A DNA stretch of 50,984 bases from a phage: sequence record NC_100129.1. One strand, 5' to 3'. Shown here one piece after another: positions 27,236-36,767 of the stretch. The notes beneath the pieces were generated by a model. That model was not told the DNA's origin. It made no database searches and saw only the letters and a list, made by a program, of their open reading frames with translations. Both the position numbers and the translations under genes were made by a program. Position 1 is the stretch's first letter; each line of letters opens with the position of its first letter.

Positions 27236-27993
27236 TATTGATTTCTCCTTAACAGGCTTGCCACTGGTGCGCCGCCAAAATCAAGCTCGTTTTCCGCGCC
27301 AAATCGAAGTTTGCACGCGTTCACCGTTCCTGCGCAAAAGTCTTGCGATGGATCAGTTACCGGATTGTTGTCTTTGTCGAACATTCGCGATCCGTTATAG
27401 CTGCAACCTTTACCGCTGCGATACCAGTTACGCTGCGCCCAATAGCAGACGCTTTGTGTCACTCGCGGCGGGATCATGATTCCGTCCATATCGTATGGAG
27501 ATGTAAGGTCAAACTTTGCCAGAGTTCGGTTAAACTGACTCGGACGCTCAATGTAATAAACCATTCGCCGGAAAGCACCATCTTTGATGTTCCCATCCTC
27601 GCCCAGCAATTCAGCCGGAATAACGTATATGGTAACTTTCGCCTGCATCATGCCGTTGTAATTTCGGATCATTGCGCTAACCTGGCTATCAAGGTTGGAC
27701 AAGATTAATTGCGGCTTGTCTGCCTTTCCGTTACTGGTAAAGTTAATTCCGGTGATTCCAAACGGTCGCGCCCCGTATTGCTCACCACGAAAAGTAATTT
27801 CTTTCGGTGGCAATATTCCTGTTTGCTGCGCCTGTAATAATTCTTCCGGCGTGTAGCGGATATTCTCGCCGTGTAAGCGGTAAACGCGAGCGCCAAACTT
27901 CGTTCCGTCAATCTCAATAAGCGTGATGATTTCTCCTGGATACAGGCTTTGTAAGCAGTTATGTAGATCTTGTCTTCCGGTTGTTTCAGCCAT
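27235..27993 (-). CDS. minor tail tip protein (lambda gpL-like)
   Basis: C-terminal Cys cluster (CYWAQRNWYRSGKGCSYNG...CAGTVNACKLRFG...DFGG) as in lambda L; start set at ATG with AGGAGG RBS. Confidence 0.75.
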   Translation of the reverse strand: MAETTGRQDLHNCLQSLYPGEIITLIEIDGTKFGARVYRLHGENIRYTPEELLQAQQTGILPPKEITFRGEQYGARPFGITGINFTSNGKADKPQLILSNLDSQVSAMIRNYNGMMQAKVTIYVIPAELLGEDGNIKDGAFRRMVYYIERPSQFNRTLAKFDLTSPYDMDGIMIPPRVTQSVCYWAQRNWYRSGKGCSYNGSRMFDKDNNPVTDPSQDFCAGTVNACKLRFGAENELDFGGAPVASLLRRNQ

Positions 27994-28021
27994 AATAAGT
28001 CCTCCTGTTTGCTGCATTGTA

Positions 28022-28052
28022 ACACCAATAAAAAGGCCGCACAAAAGCGGCC
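28022..28052 (-). terminator. terminator/attenuator between M-like and L-like genes
   Basis: GGCCGCACAAAAGCGGCC with T-run on minus strand. Confidence 0.6.
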
Positions 28053-28058
28053 TGTGTT

Positions 28059-28409
28059 TTATCCCATTGATGTAAATTGCTCCGTGAAAGTAGCTTTGAC
28101 TTCCTGAACGGTTGCAGAAATCGGAGTTGCGCCAACGCTGCCTCCCTGCACCCTGAATAACCCCAATTGACCGTCCGGCATTTCCCAAACAAACGGTTTT
28201 AATCTGTGATTATGCAGAAAGTTCAGCACCTCCCTGTAATCACGTCCGGCGTACACGATGGTAAACTCTCGCCGCACCGTGTTAAATCCGCCGGATGCTA
28301 CTTGCGTGTATCCGTTACCAAAAACGACCTCCCTGTCGTTGTTGGATGTGGTCATTGCTCCGCCGCCTCCTTGCGTTTGCGTGCACCATTTGAATCTTTC
28401 CAGCTTCAT
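28059..28409 (-). CDS. minor tail protein (lambda gpM-like)
   Basis: 116 aa immediately downstream of tape measure gene, size and position of gpM. Confidence 0.6.
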   Translation of the reverse strand: MKLERFKWCTQTQGGGGAMTTSNNDREVVFGNGYTQVASGGFNTVRREFTIVYAGRDYREVLNFLHNHRLKPFVWEMPDGQLGLFRVQGGSVGATPISATVQEVKATFTEQFTSMG

Positions 28410-28411
28410 GA

Positions 28412-31342
28412 TTAGCCTCGCTTGCTCATAACAAATTCGTAAACTTCGCCGCCCTGCGTACAGGAACGTTTAATCATATCGGTGAAAATCATCTTAACGC
28501 CAGTTTCTATACCTTTCGGATCGCTACCGTTGTTAATATCAACGCTAATACCGCCGATATTGAATTGCGCCGCGCCAGCATTGATGCCACCGCCGCTATA
28601 GCTGGAACCACCAACCACGCCGCCGTTAGCATAACCGCGCATCAACTTGTAAAGGTTGCCGACTCCGATCCGCTTCGTTGCCTCCTTCGTCATGACAAAT
28701 TCACCCTTGTGAACCACTCCAGCCGCTTCATATTTCCCGCCGTCGCCAGTGTAACCGCCATCAGAGAAGCCGCGAGGACGGAATGACGGAACGGGGAATG
28801 ACTGACCAGATCCGCCGCCAGTTTTAGGACTTCCGCTAACCCATCCCATCGCTGCCTGAATTGCGTAGGCAATACTCAACTGCGTAATGATGTTCATAAT
28901 CATTTTGATGATTGAAGATGCGAAGTCTTTAAAACTGCTTTTTCCTGTGCTCAATAGCTCCACAAACTGATCGCTGATTCCGTTTAATGCGTTGGTCATT
29001 ACGTTACCAAATTGACCGCCCAAATCCATAGCCGAATCAATCCAGTTTTTCGTAGAGCGTTCAATCCCTGCGATTGAGTTCATGCTCAACTCATCTTGCA
29101 TTGCGTAGACTTCGTTGATCTTATCAATCATCTCGGCGAGTCTTGCATCAGTAAGCTGACCGCCTTTTGCCAGCCAGTCAGTGACGATGCGTTGCCGTTC
29201 AAGCTCCCTTTGCGTCTCTCGGTCGCTCATGCCTTTTTGCTGTAGCTCAAGCGATTGAAGCGTTTCCTTTTGACGATGCAAGAATTTAATTGATGTATCC
29301 TGCAACTGGATCTGGTCGCCAAGTATAGCCCGCTGCTCTGCCAGCGAAAGGATCTTATCCTTGTTGGCAATAATGCTTTTTTCTTCGTCAGTAAGCTGGC
29401 GTTTCTGTGATGCTTCCTGCAAGACCTGGATTTTTGCTTGCTCAGTCCATAACGCCCGGCGCTGCTGGCTGATTGATGCAATGACAGTTTCGTGCTCCTT
29501 CAATACTCGCAATTGAGTCTCCAGTGCAACAATGTCTCGCTGATACTGATCCTCAATCCTGTCTCCAGCCGACACTTTGACCTTTTGAGAACGTGCTTTG
29601 TCACGCTTCGCCAGTTCTTCGGCCTCTTTCCTGATTGCTTCGCGCGTCTTCTCTGAATACTGCTGCTCTGTCGCCGCGCGTTCACGCATCATTTCAATGT
29701 AACCCATCTCGCCCTTTCTGACTCGCGCGTCGCGTTCTTCGATGGACTTCGCCAGTTCTTCGTTTTCCTTCTTGCTCTTGTCGATGATTTCCTGCTGCTG
29801 CTTGATAAATTCATCGCCAACACCGCTAAGTCCTGGGATGTTCTGCATCGCTTTAGTGGCAGAAATAACAAACTCACCGATCAGAATATCACCCTGATTA
29901 AGCAAGTAGCGAACCTGCTCAACCGTTGCCGCCACAACGTCAGTGATCAGGTTAAGCGCACCAATTGTGTGATCGCCTACCCATCCCCAGGCGTCAGAAG
30001 CCCACTTGCGCACGTCGTCCCACATCTTTTCTAACGGCGTTGCCGAATCGGCAAGGTTGGCAAGGCGTTGCTCCATTACATCGGCGAATAGCTCGGTCGC
30101 CCGTGTTACTGCCGCAGTTTTGCCGCTGGTTTTTTCAAGGTCGGCGATATAGGTTAGCTGTCCTTGTTTCAGGAAGTTAAATTCTTCGTTTAGCTTAGCC
30201 AGACCTTTGACCGGATCATCAGCAATCTTGTTAAAGTATTCCGTAATCTTTCCGCTTGATTCGCCCGTTACCGCTGACCATTGCGCAGTCGTTTTGGTGA
30301 TTGCCCTGATTTGGGTAATCGTAAACTTACCGGATCTTGCAAGCTCGGTTGCAATGTTGCGGATACTTCCAATCGTTGCATTCGTGCTACTGTTGATGTC
30401 CTGCGCCATCTTTTCGAATTGCGCCGCGTTAGTTCCGGCATAACCTCCAGTCAGGACTAACGCCTCATGCAAGTTTCGTTGCGAAGAGTAGGAATCATAA
30501 CCCGCTTTCACCAAAGCACCCAGGGAAACAACAAGCGCACCAACGCCAACATTTACCGGATTAAGGTACGACAACAACGCTTTGAACGTGTTAGAGATTC
30601 CACCGAATGAATCCTTAATCTGCCCGCCCTGCTGGATTGCAACCAACCATACAGGCATACCAGAAGCAAGCGAAGTGACAACATCAGTGATCTGCGCCGG
30701 AAGCATTCTCATAGCCTGCCGATATTGTCCCATTGAGATGCCTAATTTTTGGGCTTGCTTATCCTGCGCTTTCATCTGCGAGATAAATGGCGCTGCCTCA
30801 GCACTTACCCCTAGTTGTGCGGCGCGAATCTCCAGCAATTCCTCTCTGGTTTTCCCTGCTGCCTCAGCTTGCTGTTGCAATGCAGAGATGAATTTACGCG
30901 CCTCAGCCTCTGCACGGGCTTTCTGTTTCGCTTCCTCTGCCGCTGCTCGGCCTTCTTCGGTTAATGCTTTCTTTGTGGCGATCAGCTTATTCTGCTGCGT
31001 TTCCAAGATAGCGCCAAGCTCAAAGAAAGTATCATCAGGCACTACGCCTTTTTTCCAAAGGGAATCAAGCTGTGATGCCGCTTGTCGCAACTTATCCATT
31101 TTTGCCGCTGTCGGATCAATGGAGTCCTGAATTTTTCTAAACTCCGCTCGCTGCCTGCGCAATTCCTCGGCAAGCTGTTTAGCCTGCTGTCGTGCGATTG
31201 CCTCAGTATCAACGAATCCCTCGACGCTGCTCTTTGCGTCGTCGTTGGCCTTCTTGAACTGCTGCAATGATTTAACAGCATTCGTGACCTGCGACACGTC
31301 AACGCCAAGTGTTAAGCCTGCGTATTTATCAGCCATGTTCAT
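28412..31342 (-). CDS. tail tape measure protein
   Basis: 976 aa, long coiled-coil-rich, Gly-rich C-terminus, downstream of G/G-T chaperone. Confidence 0.85.
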   Translation of the reverse strand: MNMADKYAGLTLGVDVSQVTNAVKSLQQFKKANDDAKSSVEGFVDTEAIARQQAKQLAEELRRQRAEFRKIQDSIDPTAAKMDKLRQAASQLDSLWKKGVVPDDTFFELGAILETQQNKLIATKKALTEEGRAAAEEAKQKARAEAEARKFISALQQQAEAAGKTREELLEIRAAQLGVSAEAAPFISQMKAQDKQAQKLGISMGQYRQAMRMLPAQITDVVTSLASGMPVWLVAIQQGGQIKDSFGGISNTFKALLSYLNPVNVGVGALVVSLGALVKAGYDSYSSQRNLHEALVLTGGYAGTNAAQFEKMAQDINSSTNATIGSIRNIATELARSGKFTITQIRAITKTTAQWSAVTGESSGKITEYFNKIADDPVKGLAKLNEEFNFLKQGQLTYIADLEKTSGKTAAVTRATELFADVMEQRLANLADSATPLEKMWDDVRKWASDAWGWVGDHTIGALNLITDVVAATVEQVRYLLNQGDILIGEFVISATKAMQNIPGLSGVGDEFIKQQQEIIDKSKKENEELAKSIEERDARVRKGEMGYIEMMRERAATEQQYSEKTREAIRKEAEELAKRDKARSQKVKVSAGDRIEDQYQRDIVALETQLRVLKEHETVIASISQQRRALWTEQAKIQVLQEASQKRQLTDEEKSIIANKDKILSLAEQRAILGDQIQLQDTSIKFLHRQKETLQSLELQQKGMSDRETQRELERQRIVTDWLAKGGQLTDARLAEMIDKINEVYAMQDELSMNSIAGIERSTKNWIDSAMDLGGQFGNVMTNALNGISDQFVELLSTGKSSFKDFASSIIKMIMNIITQLSIAYAIQAAMGWVSGSPKTGGGSGQSFPVPSFRPRGFSDGGYTGDGGKYEAAGVVHKGEFVMTKEATKRIGVGNLYKLMRGYANGGVVGGSSYSGGGINAGAAQFNIGGISVDINNGSDPKGIETGVKMIFTDMIKRSCTQGGEVYEFVMSKRG

Positions 31343-31355
31343 TTACTCCAGATAT

Positions 31356-31378
31356 TAAAAAAGCGCCCGTAGGCGCTT
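31356..31378 (-). terminator. terminator/attenuator between G-T and tape measure genes
   Basis: AGCGCCCGTAGGCGCT followed by T-run on minus strand. Confidence 0.6.
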
Positions 31379-31384
31379 TGATTG

Positions 31385-32010
31385 CTATTTTTGGTGCATC
31401 ATTTCTAATGCTTTTTGTTCCATGATTCGCAAATCGTTTAAGGCCATTTCTTCATCTTCTATTTTATAGATTCTGAACAACATCGGCAAAACATTATAGT
31501 CAAATCCGTAAGCACCAGATCCGGCGCTTCTCCACTGCGTTTGCATTGCACAAAAAACATCCCATGACTGCATCATGCTTTCATCGAAAATAACCTCCGG
31601 CGGCTCCTCGCCTTCGTAGTCGGCGCGTGTTAATCCGACCGCTTCAAGCTCTGCGTCTGTCGGTGGCTTCTGGTAAAACAGGTAAACCGCGCGCCTTAAC
31701 CCTTTACGCGCTGACCAGCCAGAGCGCCTAAGTAGGATTGAACGAGCGCCAACGCTGACCCAGGGTAATAATCGACTAACAGTTTTGCGTTTTCGTGGTT
31801 AAATTCTTCTTCAAGATCCCAACCCGTCGCAATGTTCATGATAAAGTCAGAATCTTTGATCCCCTCTTTCCGGTAAAGCTCCTGTACTTCCGTCGCTTTC
31901 TTGTGCTTCACGGTGAAAATGATTTTCTGTTCGCTACCGTCAGGCATAACGAAGTTTACTGGTAGCTTGAAGTCCGGCAGTGGGCCAAGTGTTAATTTCA
32001 TCTTTGCCAT
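31385..32010 (-). CDS. tail assembly chaperone G-T fusion via -1 programmed frameshift
   Basis: -1 frame is open from heptamer A_AAG_GGT (31699-31705) through the 31385-31576 ORF; verified by manual translation. Confidence 0.6.
31696..32010 (-). CDS. tail assembly chaperone (gpG-like)
   Basis: 104 aa between major tail and tape measure; ends at slippery site AAAGGGT. Confidence 0.7.
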   Translation of the reverse strand: MAKMKLTLGPLPDFKLPVNFVMPDGSEQKIIFTVKHKKATEVQELYRKEGIKDSDFIMNIATGWDLEEEFNHENAKLLVDYYPGSALALVQSYLGALAGQRVKG

Positions 32011-32026
32011 TTTAATTTCTCCTTAA

Positions 32027-32046
32027 ATAGCATTTTTTGTTAAAAG
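32027..32046 (+). promoter_or_regulatory. dyad motif copy, variant (ATAGCATTTTTTGTTAAAAG)
   Basis: Between major tail gene terminator and chaperone G start; ~12 nt from G RBS on the minus strand. Confidence 0.5.
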
Positions 32047-32079
32047 TCTGAATGACTTGTTTGATAGATTCTACAGTAA

Positions 32080-32106
32080 CGAAAAAAGGGGCGCAACGCC
32101 CCCTTG
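32080..32106 (-). terminator. terminator after major tail protein gene
   Basis: AAGGGGCGCAACGCCCCTT followed by TTTTTT on minus strand. Confidence 0.75.
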
Positions 32107-32109
32107 TAA

Positions 32110-32772
32110 TTACTGAACATCGGAAGGAAGGAAGGTGAATCGACCTTTCAGAGAAACGGAAAGGGAAACTGTTTCCATTTCGTTGACGGTCGTCTGCGGG
32201 ATCTCGTTAAACGAAAGAACACCAGCCCAGCAACGCATTTCTTTCGCCTTTGGAACGAACATTCGCAACGCCGTAACCTCACCTCCTTCATCAGCTTTTC
32301 GAAGCAATGGATAAATTGGATTATCGAACTCATGCGCGAAAGTGTAGGTAAGAGATACCGCGCTTTTATATGTTGGTAGCTGCTGCTCCTGGTCGTCAGA
32401 TAAACACTGATAAGTGTAATATTGCTGTTCGCCGCCGTCCTGTGACAGATCCTGAACGCATGGAATTTCAACCCATGAATTGATTTTCGCAAACGATGCA
32501 GTACCACCGGAAGGGAAGATATTCTGATCTGTAGTATCAATACCCTCAAGCGTTACGCTAGTTTCTTCGCCATTCTGCTTGACGCGAAGAACGCGATCAA
32601 CCATCTTACCCCATGAGGAAGTAGTGATAATTACATAATCACCTTTCTTAAACTCAGTGCCGCCTGATGCAACTGTAAATACAGGATCTGCTGCGTTAGA
32701 AATAGCCGTTGCTTGCACATCAGTAGCTCGATTGCTTTCAATAAAAATTTGAGAACCGTTAGGAAGGTGCAT
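32110..32772 (-). CDS. major tail protein
   Basis: 220 aa directly upstream of G/G-T; strong terminator hairpin after the gene. Confidence 0.65.
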   Translation of the reverse strand: MHLPNGSQIFIESNRATDVQATAISNAADPVFTVASGGTEFKKGDYVIITTSSWGKMVDRVLRVKQNGEETSVTLEGIDTTDQNIFPSGGTASFAKINSWVEIPCVQDLSQDGGEQQYYTYQCLSDDQEQQLPTYKSAVSLTYTFAHEFDNPIYPLLRKADEGGEVTALRMFVPKAKEMRCWAGVLSFNEIPQTTVNEMETVSLSVSLKGRFTFLPSDVQ

Positions 32773-32778
32773 AGTAAA

Positions 32779-33177
32779 TTACTCCTTTGTTTCAATTCGA
32801 ACATAGAACCTGATCGGAATCAACCAACCAGTTTCACTTTTTTGTAGCTTATGGACTTTCGCCCCTTCGCTAATATAGCCAGTTTCTAAGATTTTACCAT
32901 CATAGAAAAAACTGGCAATCTCTTTAGCAAGTTTTCTACCTTTGTCAGATCCAGCGCCTGGAGGAATAATAACGCCAATCTGAACCATCCCAATATAAGA
33001 AACACATCTACGGTCAATTGAGAAAAACTCCTTGTCAACTTCTGTATAATCGAACCGCAACCACATAGAACCATCGGCAGGCGGTACAAACTCGACGTTT
33101 TCATAAGCGATTTTAAATCTGCTTTCAAATTCACCAGCAAGCGCCTTGCGCGCTGCCAACATCAATTCATAGTCCAT
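32779..33177 (-). CDS. tail terminator-like protein (by position)
   Basis: 132 aa immediately upstream of major tail gene. Confidence 0.45.
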   Translation of the reverse strand: MDYELMLAARKALAGEFESRFKIAYENVEFVPPADGSMWLRFDYTEVDKEFFSIDRRCVSYIGMVQIGVIIPPGAGSDKGRKLAKEIASFFYDGKILETGYISEGAKVHKLQKSETGWLIPIRFYVRIETKE

Positions 33178-33607
33178 TTTTTTTCCTCGACTCTTTGATT
33201 GCTTCTGCTATATACGTTCTTAACTTCGCTGCAACAATTCCCAGCACACCCGCTGGCGCTTGCTTTGAATGCCCGTACTCTAGGGCGTTAGCATAAATCA
33301 ACATATTGGAAAAATAAATCGACCTTACCGCGCCGCCGCCACGCATGATGGCAAAGATTGCCCGCTTGCCTTCCGCAATAGTCTTATCTCCGTGCTTATC
33401 ATATTGATTCAGTGCGTACAGTGGCGGGGAATTTGCTGTCACCTGCCAGTTTCCCCGATAGCGCCCCGTATCAACTGGCGAGCGTCTTACCAGATCTGTG
33501 TGTACCTTAACGGCGAACAATTCTATGCAATCCTCAAGACCATCATTTACGGCGTTAATCCAGCGGTCAATGTCGCCGTGAAATTCCTTGATCTTGTAGT
33601 TAGCCAT
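33167..33607 (-). CDS. tail completion protein (by position)
   Basis: ATG overlaps upstream stop (ATGGCTAA); position in head-tail joining cluster. Confidence 0.45.
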   Translation of the reverse strand: MANYKIKEFHGDIDRWINAVNDGLEDCIELFAVKVHTDLVRRSPVDTGRYRGNWQVTANSPPLYALNQYDKHGDKTIAEGKRAIFAIMRGGGAVRSIYFSNMLIYANALEYGHSKQAPAGVLGIVAAKLRTYIAEAIKESRKKNGL

Positions 33608-33980
33608 GTACCGCAACCCTCCTAAGTATTGGCCTGTAGGCGACCGTGATGTTTGTCTGTCTGACTGGTCGCGCTTCAACTACTATATAACGCTCACCAT
33701 CAACATCAATGTGATACCCGTTCTTAATTTCTACGGAATTAGTGAAAACTCCCAGCTTGTCGGTTACGCGGATTGTTTCGCCGTCCACCTCACGCGTTCG
33801 AGGCGACCGGATCAGACCTTTAATCATTACGCTTACTTCCGGCTTCTCTACCTCCTCGCCTCCCACAATATCTACGCTACCCTGTTGCGTGATACACTTA
33901 AACTCACCAGCGCCATCGCTGAAAAAGTTAATTCCAGCCGTAGCCAATCGTGCGATCTCATTGTAGTTCATCGGCAACAC
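33600..33980 (-). CDS. head-tail joining protein (by position)
   Basis: 126 aa; overlapping co-directional neighbours. Confidence 0.45.
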   Translation of the reverse strand: MLPMNYNEIARLATAGINFFSDGAGEFKCITQQGSVDIVGGEEVEKPEVSVMIKGLIRSPRTREVDGETIRVTDKLGVFTNSVEIKNGYHIDVDGERYIVVEARPVRQTNITVAYRPILRRVAVHG

Positions 33981-34450
33981 CTCCGGCGCAATCCAGTTAC
34001 CAGGCCAAATCCGCCACCATGCTTACGGTTTAGCGCCTCGTACATTTTTCCCCACGGTGTCTGGCGGATCATCTTTCCGCTTGCGTCATTAGTCACGCGG
34101 TCAAACGTCTGACTAAATTCTCCAGTCAGGGAAAACGACGAAATACGGCGTGAGTAACTCTCCACGCTCTCACCTTCCTGTTTCATAGCTCCGTCCAACG
34201 TCATAAGGTGCAAGGTGTAAAGCGCAACCGCTTTCGGGTATGAGTTTTTAAACCTCTTTTTGCAAACAAACTCTTTAGAAAGCTCAATCCATGCCACAAT
34301 TAAATCGGGATCAACTTGTTGCATTGGCGGCGCTAACTTCACGATTTGCTGCATGATTTCAGCGTCTGTGTAAAATTCATCTACCATTTTGTTTTCTCCA
34401 GATGTGACAAAGGGCGCATAAGCGCCCCAATTATTAATATTCGCCGCCAT
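33968..34450 (-). CDS. head-tail connector/adaptor protein (by position)
   Basis: 160 aa in head-tail joining cluster. Confidence 0.45.
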   Translation of the reverse strand: MAANINNWGAYAPFVTSGENKMVDEFYTDAEIMQQIVKLAPPMQQVDPDLIVAWIELSKEFVCKKRFKNSYPKAVALYTLHLMTLDGAMKQEGESVESYSRRISSFSLTGEFSQTFDRVTNDASGKMIRQTPWGKMYEALNRKHGGGFGLVTGLRRRCCR

Positions 34451-34700
34451 CCTCTAGCTCTTTGCGGCTCTTGCCCTCGGTAGGATCTTTTTTGCGCTTC
34501 TTCTCCGCTTTCTCCTTGATTTGCTCGTTAATTTCTGAATTGTCTTTAACTTCCACATCTCCGCGAGCGATCAGGTATTCAATTGCGGAATCATTAATGC
34601 GTTCGGATTCAATTTCAATTTCATCACCAGGATGATAACGCTTACCGTTCATAATAATCATGCAAACGCCAGTTACTTTAAGTTTTAAAGTTTTGCTCAT
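34434..34700 (-). CDS. hypothetical structural protein (88 aa)
   Basis: ATG with GGAG RBS just after terminator hairpin following capsid gene. Confidence 0.4.
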   Translation of the reverse strand: MSKTLKLKVTGVCMIIMNGKRYHPGDEIEIESERINDSAIEYLIARGDVEVKDNSEINEQIKEKAEKKRKKDPTEGKSRKELEDGGEY

Positions 34701-34711
34701 TTTGTGTGCTC

Positions 34712-34746
34712 CGTAAATAAAAAAAGGGGAACCATTAAGGCTCCCC
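34712..34746 (-). terminator. terminator after major capsid gene
   Basis: GGGGAACC..GGCTCCCC hairpin followed by T-run on minus strand. Confidence 0.65.
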
Positions 34747-34757
34747 ATGTTATCTAA

Positions 34758-35732
34758 TTACGCATCCTTTTTCAAGCCAGTAATTAGAACCATCGTAAAC
34801 GGACGGTAAATTGTAAGGCCAGTGCACTTTGAAGTACAAGGAACTTTAAAATGCAGATCTTTCGGCTGTGCAGGCAGCATATTGAATGCCTCCGGGATCT
34901 CAATGCTCATGTTCATTGGATCTTTTTCGTAAACCAGGCAGCCTTTAGTGCCTTTGCCGTCAATATCCTCAAGCTCTGCAATGGAGTCGATGGTGATACC
35001 GTCGTTTTGCTTCTGGAAGTATTCCAAATAGCTTTCAGTGGTATTTTCCATTCGAACCGTAAGGACTTTACGCATAGACGGCGGAATCAGGATGTTAGTC
35101 GCGCGATGCTGACCTTTGGTTACTTCCTCGATCGTTTCGATTGCAGTCTCCAGTTCATCGCTTGCAACTTCTGGAAACTTGGTGTTTCCGTCGTTACTCA
35201 GCCATCCTTTTGACGTGATTTTAGTCAGGTTTGGATGATCGAAAACGGAAACGATCTTATGAGGCTTGGAACCTTTGAAAACCAGGAAGTTAATAAGCTG
35301 ATCATGTGCATTCTGCGCTGCGTTAGCCTTGCGAGTAGAAAGGCTTTTACCAGTTCGCTGACCTGCTTTGATTTCGTCAATTGAGATCAGGAAAGCGTTA
35401 CCCATGCGGAACACTTTGCCAAACTCAGAAGTCATAAGAGCGTCAACGGTCGGCAGGTCGTCGGTGTAGTCTGCAATAATTTTCGCGTAACCAACTTTAT
35501 CAAAAGTCTGATACTCGAAAGTTTTGTCGGTGTCGCTCAGTTCATTGGTGACAGGGAAGACGCGAAGCGCAGAACCCGCTGGATACTCTTTTTCGTAAGC
35601 AGTGGATCGGATTTTGTGCAACTCCTGAGCAGTCCAAATACCCATGTCGGAAGCATCACCCTTAACACCTTGCAATTGCAGGTGATTAGACACAATGGAA
35701 GCGTCTAGCTCATCATATTTTTTCTTTGTCAT
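34758..35732 (-). CDS. major capsid protein
   Basis: 324 aa; AGGAG RBS; flanked by terminator hairpins; position after scaffold/decoration genes. Confidence 0.7.
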   Translation of the reverse strand: MTKKKYDELDASIVSNHLQLQGVKGDASDMGIWTAQELHKIRSTAYEKEYPAGSALRVFPVTNELSDTDKTFEYQTFDKVGYAKIIADYTDDLPTVDALMTSEFGKVFRMGNAFLISIDEIKAGQRTGKSLSTRKANAAQNAHDQLINFLVFKGSKPHKIVSVFDHPNLTKITSKGWLSNDGNTKFPEVASDELETAIETIEEVTKGQHRATNILIPPSMRKVLTVRMENTTESYLEYFQKQNDGITIDSIAELEDIDGKGTKGCLVYEKDPMNMSIEIPEAFNMLPAQPKDLHFKVPCTSKCTGLTIYRPFTMVLITGLKKDA

Positions 35733-35744
35733 GATTTTTTCTCC

Positions 35745-35775
35745 TATAAAAAAGGCTGTTAACAAGTAACAGCCT
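35745..35775 (-). terminator. terminator/attenuator upstream of major capsid gene
   Basis: AGGCTGTTA..TAACAGCCT hairpin followed by TTTTTT on minus strand. Confidence 0.65.
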
Positions 35776-35779
35776 CATG

Positions 35780-35799
35780 ATAGCACTTTTTGTTAAAGG
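35780..35799 (+). promoter_or_regulatory. dyad motif copy
   Basis: Between decoration-like gene and terminator/major capsid gene. Confidence 0.5.
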
Positions 35800-35823
35800 T
35801 GCAAATCTATTTTGTGGTATTCA

Positions 35824-36606
35824 TTAAGTGCCTACTGTTTTACTGAACACTATGTCAAACTGATCAGCAACTCCAGAACCGTCGTTTGCAGTCCAGTTAA
35901 CATTAACATGTCCGCCTACTCCAGTAGGAACTACAAGGCCAGTGCGACTAACGCTTGCAACCTTTGGATCTTGCTCGTTTGTAATCGTCCACTTCCCCGT
36001 TTTGTCGTCAGCCCATGTTGGAACAACGGTTACTTTTAGCTGAACGTTGTCAATTGTTTCTGTTCCCTCTACGTAACCATTTTCGGCCTCAATGATCGCA
36101 CCAGTAAGAAGGTATTTTCTATGATGAAGCGGCGTTATTCTGACTCCGACTATGTTCATTGTTTCATCAAACTTGTAAAAGTCACCAGTAAAAATCCAGC
36201 CATCGACGATTTCATCCCCATCACTACTTGCTACAAAACCATCATTGTTAACATAAACAAGATCGCCATGTTCAGGCGCAGACTCAATCGTTTGAGTTAA
36301 GCACCATACAACCCCTCTTGTTAAAATGTTGATAGAATCTCCTTCCTTATAGTCAGAGTATCCGTCTTCCTCGTTAACCGTTGTCGTGATATTGCTCCTT
36401 ATAGCAACACCAGCAACCACAGCATCACCCTCTTTGTGATCAACAAATATGTTGTAACCTTCAACTCTTTCTTTAAAGAAAACAACCTTTCCAGCGATGA
36501 TGGATTCAGAACCGCAAACTCCAGTGCCATCAATATTGTAGCGAGTAGAATCAACTAGGCATCCAGGACAGGAAAGCCCCATAACAGATGAGTAATCTTT
36601 AGCCAT
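35824..36606 (-). CDS. capsid decoration-like protein, long paralog
   Basis: N-terminus MAK...YNIDGTGV... paralogous to 36768-37169 gene; AGGAG RBS; terminator upstream. Confidence 0.5.
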   Translation of the reverse strand: MAKDYSSVMGLSCPGCLVDSTRYNIDGTGVCGSESIIAGKVVFFKERVEGYNIFVDHKEGDAVVAGVAIRSNITTTVNEEDGYSDYKEGDSINILTRGVVWCLTQTIESAPEHGDLVYVNNDGFVASSDGDEIVDGWIFTGDFYKFDETMNIVGVRITPLHHRKYLLTGAIIEAENGYVEGTETIDNVQLKVTVVPTWADDKTGKWTITNEQDPKVASVSRTGLVVPTGVGGHVNVNWTANDGSGVADQFDIVFSKTVGT

Positions 36607-36621
36607 CTCATTTCTCCTTAC

Positions 36622-36652
36622 ATAATAAAAAAAGGCGCTCAAGCGAGCGCCT
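36622..36652 (-). terminator. terminator between decoration-like paralogs
   Basis: GGCGCTC..GAGCGCC hairpin followed by TTTTTTT on minus strand. Confidence 0.7.
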
Positions 36653-36767
36653 TAATTTTAGCTTGGGAAGACTTGAACTTCAAACAAAGTCAACAAATCG
36701 CTACCAGTACCAAAAGTGGTTTTATCTCCAGTGTAGATCCAGTTCGTATTGATTGCACCAGCACTTT

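Noticed and set aside
28565-31270. Multiple ORFs on both strands (60-182 aa) within the tape measure gene
   Set aside because: Embedded in a 976-aa continuous frame typical of tape measure proteins; amino acid composition of the alternatives is Arg/Ser-rich junk.
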